A stretch of 64,000 nucleotides of DNA from positions 36,961 through 100,960 of the forward strand of contig CAIJMU010000016.1 in assembly GCA_903821875.1 (NCBI GenBank), written 5' to 3'. This document shows, piece by piece, positions 43,375 through 52,463 of the stretch. Every line of letters begins with the position of its first letter. The first letter of the stretch is position 1. This DNA is from an uncultured Spirochaetota bacterium. Lineage in GTDB: Bacteria > Spirochaetota > Spirochaetia > Treponematales > Rectinemataceae. The translations under genes and the position numbers were made by a program. The notes beneath the pieces were generated by a model. The model saw only the letters and a list, made by a program, of their open reading frames with translations. It had not been told where the DNA came from and did no database searches.

Positions 43375-43495
43375 GCCCGAGGGCTGCCGAGCCGCCGGCC
43401 CTCGTCATCCATGACGTCCCGAAGCTCACGCTTCGGTCTTTCCTTGGCGCCAGCTCCTGTGGCGCAAGTCCCCGGATTCTTGCTATCCTCCCCCC

Positions 43496-45178
43496 ATGGC
43501 AACTACCTACGACGACAAGAAGATCATCTACACGATGGACAGGGTGACCAAGCGGCACGGGACCAAGGTCGTGCTCAAGGACATCCGGATTTCCTATTAC
43601 TACGGCGCCAAGATCGGCGTGATCGGCCTCAACGGCTCGGGCAAGTCGAGCCTCCTCCGCATCCTTTCGGGGCGGGACACGGAGATCCTCGGCGAAACCC
43701 AGCTCGAGAAGGGCTACACGATAGGCTTCCTTGAACAGGAGCCCGAGCTCGCGGCCGGCAAGACTGTCAAGGAGATCGTGAGCGAGGGTGTCCAGGAGAT
43801 CGTGGACATGCTGACCGAGTTCGAGGCGATCGGTGAGGCCTATGGAGACCCCGACGCGGACTTTGACAAGCTCGCGGCCAAGCAGGCCAAGCTCCAGGAA
43901 AAGCTGGACGGAAACGATGGCTGGAACCTCGATGCGCGCCTTGAATTGGCGATGGACGCCCTGCGCTGCCCGCCCGCGGACAAGGTCGTCGATGTGCTGT
44001 CGGGAGGCGAGCGACGCCGAGTAGCCCTCTGCAGGCTCCTCCTGCGCAAGCCCGACATCCTCCTCCTCGACGAGCCGACCAACCATCTTGATGCCGAGAC
44101 CGTGGCCTGGCTCGAGCGGCACCTGCGGGAGTACGAGGGCACGGTCATCGCAGTGACGCACGACCGCTATTTCCTCGACAACATCGCCGGCTGGATCCTC
44201 GAACTCGACCGGGGTGAGGGCATTCCCTGGAAGGGCAATTATTCCAGTTGGTTGGATCAGAAAAAGAAACAACTGGAAATGGAAGAAAAGGGCGAGTCCG
44301 ACCGCGCCAAGACCCTGGCCCGCGAGCTGGAGTGGATCGGCATGTCGCCCAAGGGCAGGCACGCGAAGAGCAAGGCACGCATCGACCGCTACGAGCGCCT
44401 GGTCAACGAAGACGGCCGCGAAAAGGTCAAGGATTCGCGCATCGTGCTGCCGGTCGGTCCGCGCCTCGGAAGTGTGGTGATCGAGGCTGTCGGTGTGGCC
44501 AAGGGCTATGACGGGCAACTCCTCTACGAGGGCCTGAGCTTTGCCGTGCCGCCGGGCGCCATAGTGGGACTAATTGGTCCAAACGGCGCGGGAAAGACCA
44601 CGCTGTTGCGGATGATCACCGGCCAGGAAAAGCCCGATGCAGGAACCATCAAGTTGGGTGACACCGTCAAGCTCGCCTACGCGGACCAGAGCCGCTCGAT
44701 CCTCGACGCTGACAAGTCGGTCTGGGAGCAGCTTTCCGGCGGCCTCGATATCATCAAGCTGGGAAAGCGCGAGGTGAACAGCAGGGCCTTCTGCAGCTGG
44801 TTTAATTTCTCGGGCACCGACCAGTCCAAGAAGGTCGGCATCCTGTCCGGCGGCGAACGCAACCGGCTCAACTTGGCCATGATGGTGCAGGACTGCGCGA
44901 ATGTGCTCTTGCTCGACGAACCGACCAACGACCTCGACGTAAATACGATGCGCGCCCTCGAAGAGGCCCTCGACGATTTCGCCGGTGTCGCCCTGGTGGT
45001 GAGCCACGACCGCTGGTTCCTCGACCGTGTGTGTACCCACATCCTGGCCTTCGAGGGCAACTCCGAGGCTGTCTGGTATGATGGCAATTGGTCAGAATAC
45101 GCCGCCTGGAGGCACGAAAAACTCGGTACCGATGCCGATAGGCCCCATCGGATTGTCTATAGAAGGCTTGAGAGGTAG
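43496..45178 (+). CDS. ettA: Energy-dependent translational throttle protein EttA (ABC-F ATPase)
   Basis: 560 aa with two ABC cassettes (GLNGSGKS/LSGGERRR and GPNGAGKT/LSGGERNR) and the typical EttA N-terminus IIYTMDRVTK. Confidence 0.9.
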   Translation: MATTYDDKKIIYTMDRVTKRHGTKVVLKDIRISYYYGAKIGVIGLNGSGKSSLLRILSGRDTEILGETQLEKGYTIGFLEQEPELAAGKTVKEIVSEGVQEIVDMLTEFEAIGEAYGDPDADFDKLAAKQAKLQEKLDGNDGWNLDARLELAMDALRCPPADKVVDVLSGGERRRVALCRLLLRKPDILLLDEPTNHLDAETVAWLERHLREYEGTVIAVTHDRYFLDNIAGWILELDRGEGIPWKGNYSSWLDQKKKQLEMEEKGESDRAKTLARELEWIGMSPKGRHAKSKARIDRYERLVNEDGREKVKDSRIVLPVGPRLGSVVIEAVGVAKGYDGQLLYEGLSFAVPPGAIVGLIGPNGAGKTTLLRMITGQEKPDAGTIKLGDTVKLAYADQSRSILDADKSVWEQLSGGLDIIKLGKREVNSRAFCSWFNFSGTDQSKKVGILSGGERNRLNLAMMVQDCANVLLLDEPTNDLDVNTMRALEEALDDFAGVALVVSHDRWFLDRVCTHILAFEGNSEAVWYDGNWSEYAAWRHEKLGTDADRPHRIVYRRLER

Positions 45179-45204
45179 ACAGGCTGTCGCCCACTGGGCG
45201 GCGC

Positions 45205-45290
45205 TACAGCTCCCCCGGGATGCCTTTATAGCTCCCCCGGGAGGCCTTTATAGCTCCCGCGGGAGGCCTTTATAGCTCCCGCGGGCTCTT
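45205..45290. repeat. 22-bp tandem repeat, about 3.9 copies, each with a short GC palindrome, between convergent genes
   Basis: TACAGCTCCCCCGGGATGCCTT / TATAGCTCCCCCGGGAGGCCTT / TATAGCTCCCGCGGGAGGCCTT / TATAGCTCCCGCGGGCTCTT. The last unit provides the final codons and TAA stop of the SEC-C gene. Confidence 0.9.
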
Positions 45291-45947
45291 TGTCCTACCG
45301 CAGCAGCGGCACCAGGAAAGGCCCGAGCCGCAGCTGCAGCGGTCTGAGGCTCGAAGTATGCGCCCACGCTTGAAGTCAACAGCAACTATCCCTTCGCCGC
45401 AGGCTGAGGGCTGCCGGGCAGCCGGGCGAGGAAAATCGATGGAGCAGCCCGAGAAGAGAGCAAGGCGCCTTTCGACTGAGGAGCCTTCGAGCTGCCCGCT
45501 CTTTCTGAGGCCGAGCCAGGCTGTGGCTACGAGCCTCATGACGAGCTCCGATTCGGCGGCAGAGGCAAAGCGCCGGGAGGGCCGGGTACCGAGGTAGCGG
45601 GTGATCTGGATCGAGTGAAAGGCGTGGAAGTCGTCCAGTTCGGGACTCTCCCGGCGGCGCATTCCATAACAATTGCTTCGAGCCTCCCAGGCGTCGCGGG
45701 CATGGCTCCTTGGTCGTAGTTTTTGGGCTGAGGCGAGGCTGGCTATCGCCAGATCAACGCGGTCGAGGCGCAGGAGTGCGACTGACAGCCAGTACAGGCG
45801 GAGGGACAAGAGGCCCTTCCGGTCGGGGTCGGTCGCTTCGACTGCGGCGCGGAGACGTGGAACCGCCCTGTCCGCCCTGTGGGCGACAAGGTCCCTCAGG
45901 CCTTCCCTGAAGGCACGCTGGGCCTTTGCTCGTTCCGTGCAATCCAT
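45270..45947 (-). CDS. SEC-C motif (zinc-binding) domain protein
   Basis: 225 aa from internal ATG 45947. The C-terminus CSCGSGLSWCRCCG is a SEC-C metal-binding motif. The upstream part of the 349-aa ORF overlaps glgX and is rejected. Confidence 0.6.
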   Translation of the reverse strand: MDCTERAKAQRAFREGLRDLVAHRADRAVPRLRAAVEATDPDRKGLLSLRLYWLSVALLRLDRVDLAIASLASAQKLRPRSHARDAWEARSNCYGMRRRESPELDDFHAFHSIQITRYLGTRPSRRFASAAESELVMRLVATAWLGLRKSGQLEGSSVERRLALFSGCSIDFPRPAARQPSACGEGIVAVDFKRGRILRASDRCSCGSGLSWCRCCGRTKSPREL

Positions 45948-45997
45948 GAAGACTAAGGTAGCCAGAGCCAGAGTCGGAGGCAAGCAGGTCCGGCCGG

Positions 45998-48184
45998 CTA
46001 AAGGGTCTTGGACATGAGGAGGACAAAGCTCCGACCGGCCATTCGATATGCAGTCTGGGGGGAGATGGCTTCTTCCAGGCCTTGGGCGACAATATCGTGG
46101 GGGCTCGGCAGGGCTGTATCGATGACGCGGGTCCAGATCTTGCCCCGGGGAGCCGCGTGGATGGTCCAGTCGCGGGCTTCGGGCCAGGCGTTGCAGATGG
46201 CCAGAAAGTCGTTGTCGTCCCTGTCCGAGATGATGTCCGCCCGGGAGCCGTCCATGCGCCAGGCTATCATGTGCTCCACACGGGCCCAGTCGGGGCTCAG
46301 GCCCTCGTCGTCGTACCACACGATGTCGGGGATGGCGTTGTAGTCCGCGTCCCGGCCGGTAAAGAACTCCGGTCGCCTGAAGGCCGGGTGCCTGAGCCTG
46401 AACGCCACCAGCTCGCGGGCAAAGCGGAAGTGTCCCGCGTAGTCCTTCACGAGGGAATAATCAAACCAACTAATATCATTGTCCTGGCAGTAGGCATTGT
46501 TGTTGCCCTTTTGCGTACGGAGGAACTCGTCGCCGCCCAGGAGCATGGGAGTGCCGATCGAAAGCAGCAAGGTAGCAAGGATGTTCCTGGCCTGGCGCTC
46601 GCGTATGACGGTTACCTCCGCGTCGTCGCAGGATGCGACGGGCCGCGGCTGCCCGATAGGCAGCTCACCCTCGGCTCCGTAATTGTAGCTCCAGTTGCCG
46701 TCGCCGCCGTCCCGGTTGCCCTCGCCGTTGTCGTCGTTGTGTTTCGCATTGTAGGTAACGAGGTCGCGCAAGGTGAAGCCGTCGTGGCTCGTGAGGTAGT
46801 TGATGGAGTGGAAGGGCTTCCGCCCGTCGCGCAGGTAGAGGTCGCTCGAGCCGGTGACCCGGGTGGCAAAGCCCTGCACCGCGCGGTCGTCGCCCCGCCA
46901 GAAGCGGCGCACGTCGTCACGGAAGCGGTCGTTCCATTCGGCCCAGCGGCCGCCGGGGAACCAGCCCACCTGGTAGGCCCCTCCCGCGTCCCAGGCCTCC
47001 GCGATGATCTTCGTGTGCCGGAGGATGGGATCCTCGGCGATCTCCTCGAGGACGGGGGGATTTTCCAGCATCTTGCCATTCTGGTCACGGCCCAGTATGG
47101 AGCCCAGGTCGAAGCGGAAGCCGTCGATGTGCATCTCGCAGACCCAGTAGTGCAGGGCGTCGCGGATGAGGGAGCGTACGACCGGATGATTGCAATTGAG
47201 CGTATTTCCACAGCCTGAGAAGTTGCGGTAGAAGCGGTGGTTCTCGTCCAGGAGGTAATAGATGGGATTGTCGAGGCCCCGGAAAGAGAGGGTAGGGCCG
47301 TACTCGTTGCCCTCGGCAGTGTGGTTGAACACGATGTCGAGGATGACCTCGAGGCCCGCGCGGTGGAGCTCGCGGACCATGAACTTGAATTCTTCCACCT
47401 GGCCGCCAGGCTCCTGTGAGGCCGCATAACTTGCCTTGGGCGCGAAGAAGGCGATGGTCGAGTAGCCCCAGTAATTGCGGAGGCGCTCGCCTGTGCGGGG
47501 ATTTTTCCGGAGGACCTCGTTCTCGTCGAACTCCATCACCGGGAGGAACTCCACGCTCGTGATCCCGAGGGACTTGAGGTGGGGAATCATCTCCACCACT
47601 CCCTTGTAGGTGCCCGGGAATTTCGCCTTTGCGCTTTCATGGCGGGAAAGGCCCTTTACGTGGGCCTCGTAGATCACGCAGTGCCGCAGCGGGTAGTTCA
47701 AGGGGCGGTCACCCTGCCAGTCGAAGCTGTCGGCGACGACGACGCACTTGGGCATAAGGCCCGTGTTGTCGCGGTCGGAGTGGGAGAGGTCCCCGTCCGG
47801 TGAGTCGGGGTCATAGGCTCGGGCGGCTGAAAAATGCCAGCCGGGAAGGGTGGAGAGCGCCTTTGCGTAGGGATCGACGAGGCCGCGGTGCCGGTTGAAG
47901 CGGAGGCCCCGCGTCGGGATGTAGGGTCCCTCGGCGTGCCAGAGGTAGAAGGCGCCGGGTCCGAGGCCCGCCACAAAGACGTGCCAGATGTCACCGGTGC
48001 GGTTGTGGTGGGGGTCGAGGCGGAACTCGAGGATGGGCTTGGCGTCTTCCGCCCGCGCGTAGACCGAGAGCACGAGGGCTTCGGCGTTGCGCGAGAAGAT
48101 GGCGAAGTTGACTCCGCCTGCGGTCGGCGTCGCCCCGAGGGTCGAAGGCGATCCGGCGAGAAGGATGTTCGGGTTTTCAGTCAC
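45998..48184 (-). CDS. glgX: Glycogen debranching enzyme GlgX (GH13 isoamylase-type)
   Basis: 728 aa: GVNFAIFS N-terminus, DIVFNHTAEGNE, GFRFDLGSIL, IAEAWD, YLTSHDGFTL. Confidence 0.9.
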   Translation of the reverse strand: MTENPNILLAGSPSTLGATPTAGGVNFAIFSRNAEALVLSVYARAEDAKPILEFRLDPHHNRTGDIWHVFVAGLGPGAFYLWHAEGPYIPTRGLRFNRHRGLVDPYAKALSTLPGWHFSAARAYDPDSPDGDLSHSDRDNTGLMPKCVVVADSFDWQGDRPLNYPLRHCVIYEAHVKGLSRHESAKAKFPGTYKGVVEMIPHLKSLGITSVEFLPVMEFDENEVLRKNPRTGERLRNYWGYSTIAFFAPKASYAASQEPGGQVEEFKFMVRELHRAGLEVILDIVFNHTAEGNEYGPTLSFRGLDNPIYYLLDENHRFYRNFSGCGNTLNCNHPVVRSLIRDALHYWVCEMHIDGFRFDLGSILGRDQNGKMLENPPVLEEIAEDPILRHTKIIAEAWDAGGAYQVGWFPGGRWAEWNDRFRDDVRRFWRGDDRAVQGFATRVTGSSDLYLRDGRKPFHSINYLTSHDGFTLRDLVTYNAKHNDDNGEGNRDGGDGNWSYNYGAEGELPIGQPRPVASCDDAEVTVIRERQARNILATLLLSIGTPMLLGGDEFLRTQKGNNNAYCQDNDISWFDYSLVKDYAGHFRFARELVAFRLRHPAFRRPEFFTGRDADYNAIPDIVWYDDEGLSPDWARVEHMIAWRMDGSRADIISDRDDNDFLAICNAWPEARDWTIHAAPRGKIWTRVIDTALPSPHDIVAQGLEEAISPQTAYRMAGRSFVLLMSKTL

Positions 48185-48196
48185 CCGAGCATTGAA

Positions 48197-48946
48197 TCAC
48201 ATCGCCATCCCTCCATCAACCTTCAGAACCTCCCCTGTGACATAAGAAGCGAGGTCTGAGGCCAGGAAAAGCGCTGCTTTTGCGACATCCTCTGGATTTC
48301 CGGTGCGTCCGAGGGGAATGGTGCCGATCAGAGCCTGCTTGGCGTCGGCTCCGAGCTTCTCTGTCATGGAGGTGTCGATGAAGCCGGGAGCGAGGGCGTT
48401 CACGCGCACATTGCGGCTTGCGACCTCGCGGGCGAGGCTCTTTGTGAAGCCGATGAGGCCTGCCTTGGAGGCCGAATAGTTGGCTTGGCCCCCATTTCCC
48501 GTGATGCCCACGATACTCGTGATGTTGATGATGGAGCCCCGGCGGGCCTTGATCATGTGACGGGCAGCGCTCCGGCAGACGAGGAAGGCGCTCGTGAGGT
48601 TGGTGGCCATGACAGCCTCCCAGTCCTCGAGCTTCATGCGGAAAATGAGTCCATCGCGGGTGATGCCCGCGTTGTTCACGAGGACCTCGGGAGTGCCGCC
48701 TGCAGCGATGACTGCGGCCAGCGCCGCCTCCACCGAGGCTTCGCTGCCGACATCGCAGGAAATCCAGGTTGCAGAGCCTCCACCCTCCGCGGCTGCCGCA
48801 GCCAGGGCTGCCTGATCCTCTGCCGGGCTCCTCGAAAGATAAAAGACCTTCCCGCCCTCGGAGGCGAAGGCTCTGACGATGGCCAGGCCAATCCCACGGG
48901 AACCACCCGTGACGACGCAGGTTTTTTCGGCAAGCAGTTTTTGCAC
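48197..48946 (-). CDS. fabG: 3-oxoacyl-ACP reductase
   Basis: VTGGSRGIGLAI, NAG, YSASKAG; 249 aa, immediately downstream of fabD. Confidence 0.85.
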   Translation of the reverse strand: MQKLLAEKTCVVTGGSRGIGLAIVRAFASEGGKVFYLSRSPAEDQAALAAAAAEGGGSATWISCDVGSEASVEAALAAVIAAGGTPEVLVNNAGITRDGLIFRMKLEDWEAVMATNLTSAFLVCRSAARHMIKARRGSIINITSIVGITGNGGQANYSASKAGLIGFTKSLAREVASRNVRVNALAPGFIDTSMTEKLGADAKQALIGTIPLGRTGNPEDVAKAALFLASDLASYVTGEVLKVDGGMAM

Positions 48947-48954
48947 GGGTGACC

Positions 48955-49875
48955 TCAGAGGGAGATGCCGGCGACCAGGGCGAGGGTACCCAGGGGAGCG
49001 CAGGCTATGTCGGGGTTGATCGCATCCCAGAGGCCAGTCAAGACCTTGCCGGGACCGATTTCAAAGCACTGGTCGTAACCAGCAGCAGCTATGGATTTTT
49101 CCTCGTCGATCCAGCGGACGGGGCTGATGATCTGCTCTGCGGCCAGGCGCTTTGCCTCGGCTCCGCTGGATATCTTCTTGCCTGTTACATTCGAGAAGAC
49201 CTCGAGCTTCGGGTCGGAGAACTTCACATCTATGAGCAATTCCTTAAAGCCCTCGTAGGCGTAGGCCATGATGGGGGAATGGAAGGCGCCGGAAACCTTG
49301 AGGCGGATGGCACGCTTGGCGCCAGCTGCCTTGCAGGCTATTTCCGCTGCGGCGACATCGGCCTCGGTGCCGGATATCACGCTCTGGCTGGGGCTGTTGT
49401 AGTTGGCCACCCACACATTCGCGAGCCCCGCTTCCTTGATGGCTGCCTCGATGGCATCCGGGGCGAGGTTGAGGATGGCACTCATCGTGGAGCCGCCCGA
49501 ACGCTTGCCCGCCTCTTCCATGAGGCGGCCGCGCTCGGCCACGAGACGGAACATGTCAGCGTGTGTAAGGACCCCAGCCTCGGCGAGGGCCGGCCATTCG
49601 CCGACCGAAAATCCCGCGCAGGCAAGGGGAATGACCGCGTGCTCACGGGAGGAGAGGGCTGCGGCAGCCTCGACGACTGCCATCGCTATCTGGGTGTTCT
49701 GCGTCTGCTTGAGATCTTCCTCGCTTCCCTCGAAGACCAGCTTTTTGAGGTCCATCTTCGCCGAATCGGAGGCCAGCTCAAAGAGCGCCCGCACAGCCTT
49801 GCTCGTTTCGTAAAAATCCTTGCCCATGCCGGCGTACTGGGCGCCCTGGCCGGGAAACAGGAAACAGGTTTTCAT
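48955..49875 (-). CDS. fabD: ACP S-malonyltransferase
   Basis: FLFPGQGAQYAGMG, GFSVGEWPA (active-site Ser), SGAFHSP; 306 aa. Confidence 0.9.
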   Translation of the reverse strand: MKTCFLFPGQGAQYAGMGKDFYETSKAVRALFELASDSAKMDLKKLVFEGSEEDLKQTQNTQIAMAVVEAAAALSSREHAVIPLACAGFSVGEWPALAEAGVLTHADMFRLVAERGRLMEEAGKRSGGSTMSAILNLAPDAIEAAIKEAGLANVWVANYNSPSQSVISGTEADVAAAEIACKAAGAKRAIRLKVSGAFHSPIMAYAYEGFKELLIDVKFSDPKLEVFSNVTGKKISSGAEAKRLAAEQIISPVRWIDEEKSIAAAGYDQCFEIGPGKVLTGLWDAINPDIACAPLGTLALVAGISL

Positions 49876-50088
49876 GTGTGGCTCCTTGGGACGGGGTCAG
49901 ACCCTATGATTTACAAAAATCGAGGAAATGTAAAGGTGGGCGAGGAGAGCTTGCGCCCCGGTCTGGCCGCTTCTATGGGTTCTGAGGCTGGCGCCGGCCC
50001 TTCGGGCCAGGCCCTGTGGCGGGGCACTAGGCTCCGCCCCCCCCCTTCGCGCTTGCCGACCCCGAGTTCATGGTCCACTATTGTCTCC

Positions 50089-50457
50089 ATGCCATCTGAA
50101 AGTACTGAACGCATCAAAGCCGCCCTCCGCGCCATCCCCCCTGGCCGAGTGTCCACCTACGGGGCGGTAGCCGGGGCTGCCGGCCTCGTCAACGGTGCCC
50201 GCCAGGTTGTGCGGACGCTCCACTCGAGCGCGAGGGCCGAGGCGCTCCCCTGGCACCGGGTCCTCAGGAAGGACGGGAGCATCGCCTTGCCCGAGGGGGC
50301 GGGCTTCGAACTCCAGAAGGCTCTTCTTGAGAGCGAGGGCGTCGAGGTGGACAGAGATGGGGTGGTGGACCTCAGCCGCTTCGGGATGGAGGCGCCTGCC
50401 CTCCTCAGCTCCCCCTCCGCCAGGCCCGCGCGCCGAAATTCTCAAAGCCCGAACTGA
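50089..50457 (+). CDS. Alkyltransferase-like (ATL) protein: MGMT DNA-binding domain lacking the acceptor Cys
   Basis: IPPGRVSTYGAVA...LPWHRVL. PWHRV replaces the PCHRV active site. 122 aa from ATG 50089; the rest of the 502-aa ORF is antisense to fabD and rejected. Confidence 0.75.
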   Translation: MPSESTERIKAALRAIPPGRVSTYGAVAGAAGLVNGARQVVRTLHSSARAEALPWHRVLRKDGSIALPEGAGFELQKALLESEGVEVDRDGVVDLSRFGMEAPALLSSPSARPARRNSQSPN

Positions 50458-51325
50458 AGAGGCCCTTCTCGAGTCCTGGGGCCGGGAGGGCAAGGTCCAC
50501 GAGGATGGGCAGGTTGTAGTCAGATGCTGACTCGTCGGAAGCGAGTTCACCGGCGAGGCGGTCCACCAGGCTGCGGGCGATGCCCATGCGGCGGAAGTCC
50601 GAAAGGACGCTGACAAAGAAGATGCGGGCCATCCGGGCCTCGGGGGGGCCTTCGAGGCGGCCGGCTGCTCCAGCTATCGCTCCACCCTCACCGTCCTCGA
50701 CCCAGAGGCCGATCCAATCCTCGCGGTCGAGTTCAAGCCGGAGTTGGTGGAGGCCCCGGGCTGCAAGGGCGAGCGGGACCTCCTCCTCGATCTCGGCGCC
50801 GAGGGCTTCGATGAGGGGGGCAAAGAAGTCGCGGGCAATCGAGGGCAGGCCTGTGGCAAAGCCTAAGTCGGATTCGACGAGGTCGCCTACTTCCTCGGGA
50901 GTTTCACCGAGGCGCTCAAGGCCCCCGGCTACCCGGACCTCGTCGTACCACTCGCGGATCGCCTGGCTCATGATGCGTAATTTACGCTCGCGAAAGGACT
51001 TTTCGATGGCGGGGTAGGCCGCCAGGCATTCCTTGAAACCACGGAAAACCCCTCGGCCCTGCGACAGTATGGCGTGAAGGGCCTTTTTGGCGCTCGGCTC
51101 CCGAAGCTCGGATGTAAAGGACTCCATGAGCCTGAAGCCGTCGCGGGGATGCCACTCCGGGATGTCGACCGAGTCGGGTTGGGGCAGGGCGAGGGGATCG
51201 AGGTCGCCGCAGGCAGCCTCCCGCGCGATCAGATCACCGGTCTCTAGGTTGACGCGCCATGCCCCGTCCTGATCCTCCATCGCGAAGATAATGTCATCGA
51301 CCACGTCTTTCCTGAGTTCGAACAT
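50405..51325 (-). CDS. Hypothetical protein with a C-terminal GNAT-like segment
   Basis: 306 aa. FFVSVLSDFRRMGIARSLVDRL resembles GNAT motif A. The N-terminal half is unassigned. The 3' end overlaps the convergent ATL gene by 53 nt. Confidence 0.45.
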   Translation of the reverse strand: MFELRKDVVDDIIFAMEDQDGAWRVNLETGDLIAREAACGDLDPLALPQPDSVDIPEWHPRDGFRLMESFTSELREPSAKKALHAILSQGRGVFRGFKECLAAYPAIEKSFRERKLRIMSQAIREWYDEVRVAGGLERLGETPEEVGDLVESDLGFATGLPSIARDFFAPLIEALGAEIEEEVPLALAARGLHQLRLELDREDWIGLWVEDGEGGAIAGAAGRLEGPPEARMARIFFVSVLSDFRRMGIARSLVDRLAGELASDESASDYNLPILVDLALPAPGLEKGLFSSGFENFGARAWRRGS

Positions 51326-51378
51326 GGGAGCCTCCGACTATAAGTTGCCCATAGCTGGGGATGCGGTCAATGCGACAG

Positions 51379-51420
51379 CCAACAAGCTTCGAGGAACTAC
51401 CAACAAGCTTCGAGGAACTA
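51379..51420. repeat. Perfect 21-bp tandem duplication in an intergenic spacer
   Basis: CCAACAAGCTTCGAGGAACTA x2, between the DMT transporter stop (51422) and the start of 50405-51325. Confidence 0.9.
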
Positions 51421-51421
51421 C

Positions 51422-52381
51422 CTACTTTATGAATAGCAGGGCAGTGCCGCCGACGGCGATGAGGGCGCCGAGCACTTCGAGGAAGGCGACCTTTTCCTTG
51501 AAGATGGCGACCGAGGGCAGGATGATCATGATCGGCACGAGGGACATGATGGAGGCCGCGATGCCAGCCTGGGTGCCCTGGACAGCCGCCAGGCTGAGTG
51601 AAACCCCGAGGAAGGGGCCGAAAAAGGAACCGGCAACGAGGCTCGCTGTCGCCTTGCCGTCGCGGAGAGAGCCGAGCACGCCCCTCCAGCTCCCTGTAGC
51701 GACCAGGACAATCCCAAAGCCCAGGACTCCCACGATGACACGGACCTGGGTTCCCGAAAAGGCGTCGAGGCTCGGCGCGCCGATCTTGGAGAGGATGAGG
51801 CCCCCCGCCTGGCAGAGGGTCGCCAGGAGAGCAACCAGAATTCCGCGCAGGCGACGGGCAGCGGTGGCGGCATGGGCCTCGGCGCTGGCGGCCGCAGCGC
51901 CCGCGGCTTTAGCGCCAGCGTGGGCGGCCTGGGTAGCGGCTTCCGGCTTTGCTCCGGGGCGGCCGAGGATGGCGAGGGCGATACCTGCCAGGGTGAGGGC
52001 CATGCCGACGAGGGCCAGGGTTCCCAGGGTTTCGCCGAGGATGAGCCAGCCCAGGATGGCCGCAAAGGCCGGGGACAGGGCGTAGACCAGCATGGACAGG
52101 CGTGCGCCAAAGTCGATAAAGGCCTGGAAGAGGAGGAGGTCGCCGATGACCAGCCCGACAAGACCCGAGGCGCCGAGCCAGAGCCAGGTCTCCAGCGGGG
52201 CATCGAAGGGCGCAAAGCTCCCGTGCACTACGAGGCCGTAGATTCCGAGAAAGAGCGAGCCCATCACAAGGCGGAGGAAGTTGAGCGCCTTCGCCCCGAT
52301 GCGCTTGCCTGCATATTCGAAGGTTATCGCGGTTATTGTCCACAGGAGGGCTGTAGCCAGGGCTGCGCTTTCACCGCGCAT
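51422..52381 (-). CDS. EamA/DMT family transporter
   Basis: 319 aa with two EamA-like multi-TM halves joined by an Ala-rich linker (AKPEAATQAAHAGAKAAGAAAASAEAHAA). Confidence 0.8.
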   Translation of the reverse strand: MRGESAALATALLWTITAITFEYAGKRIGAKALNFLRLVMGSLFLGIYGLVVHGSFAPFDAPLETWLWLGASGLVGLVIGDLLLFQAFIDFGARLSMLVYALSPAFAAILGWLILGETLGTLALVGMALTLAGIALAILGRPGAKPEAATQAAHAGAKAAGAAAASAEAHAATAARRLRGILVALLATLCQAGGLILSKIGAPSLDAFSGTQVRVIVGVLGFGIVLVATGSWRGVLGSLRDGKATASLVAGSFFGPFLGVSLSLAAVQGTQAGIAASIMSLVPIMIILPSVAIFKEKVAFLEVLGALIAVGGTALLFIK

Positions 52382-52463
52382 GTTGCATGTCTCTCATCGT
52401 TCGGCGAATATAGCACTTCAAGGCAAGCTTCGGCTTGGCCAGGTTTGTTCAGGGGAGGAATCG

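Noticed and set aside
45205-45290. Possible CRISPR array (regular short repeats).
   Set aside because: The units are directly abutting 22-mers with no spacers, and no cas genes are nearby. It is reported as a tandem repeat instead.
48949-50088. The N-terminal 380 residues of the 502-aa plus-strand ORF that ends in the ATL domain.
   Set aside because: This part is antisense to fabD and crosses the fabD promoter region. Only the last 122 aa (from ATG 50089) show a recognisable domain.
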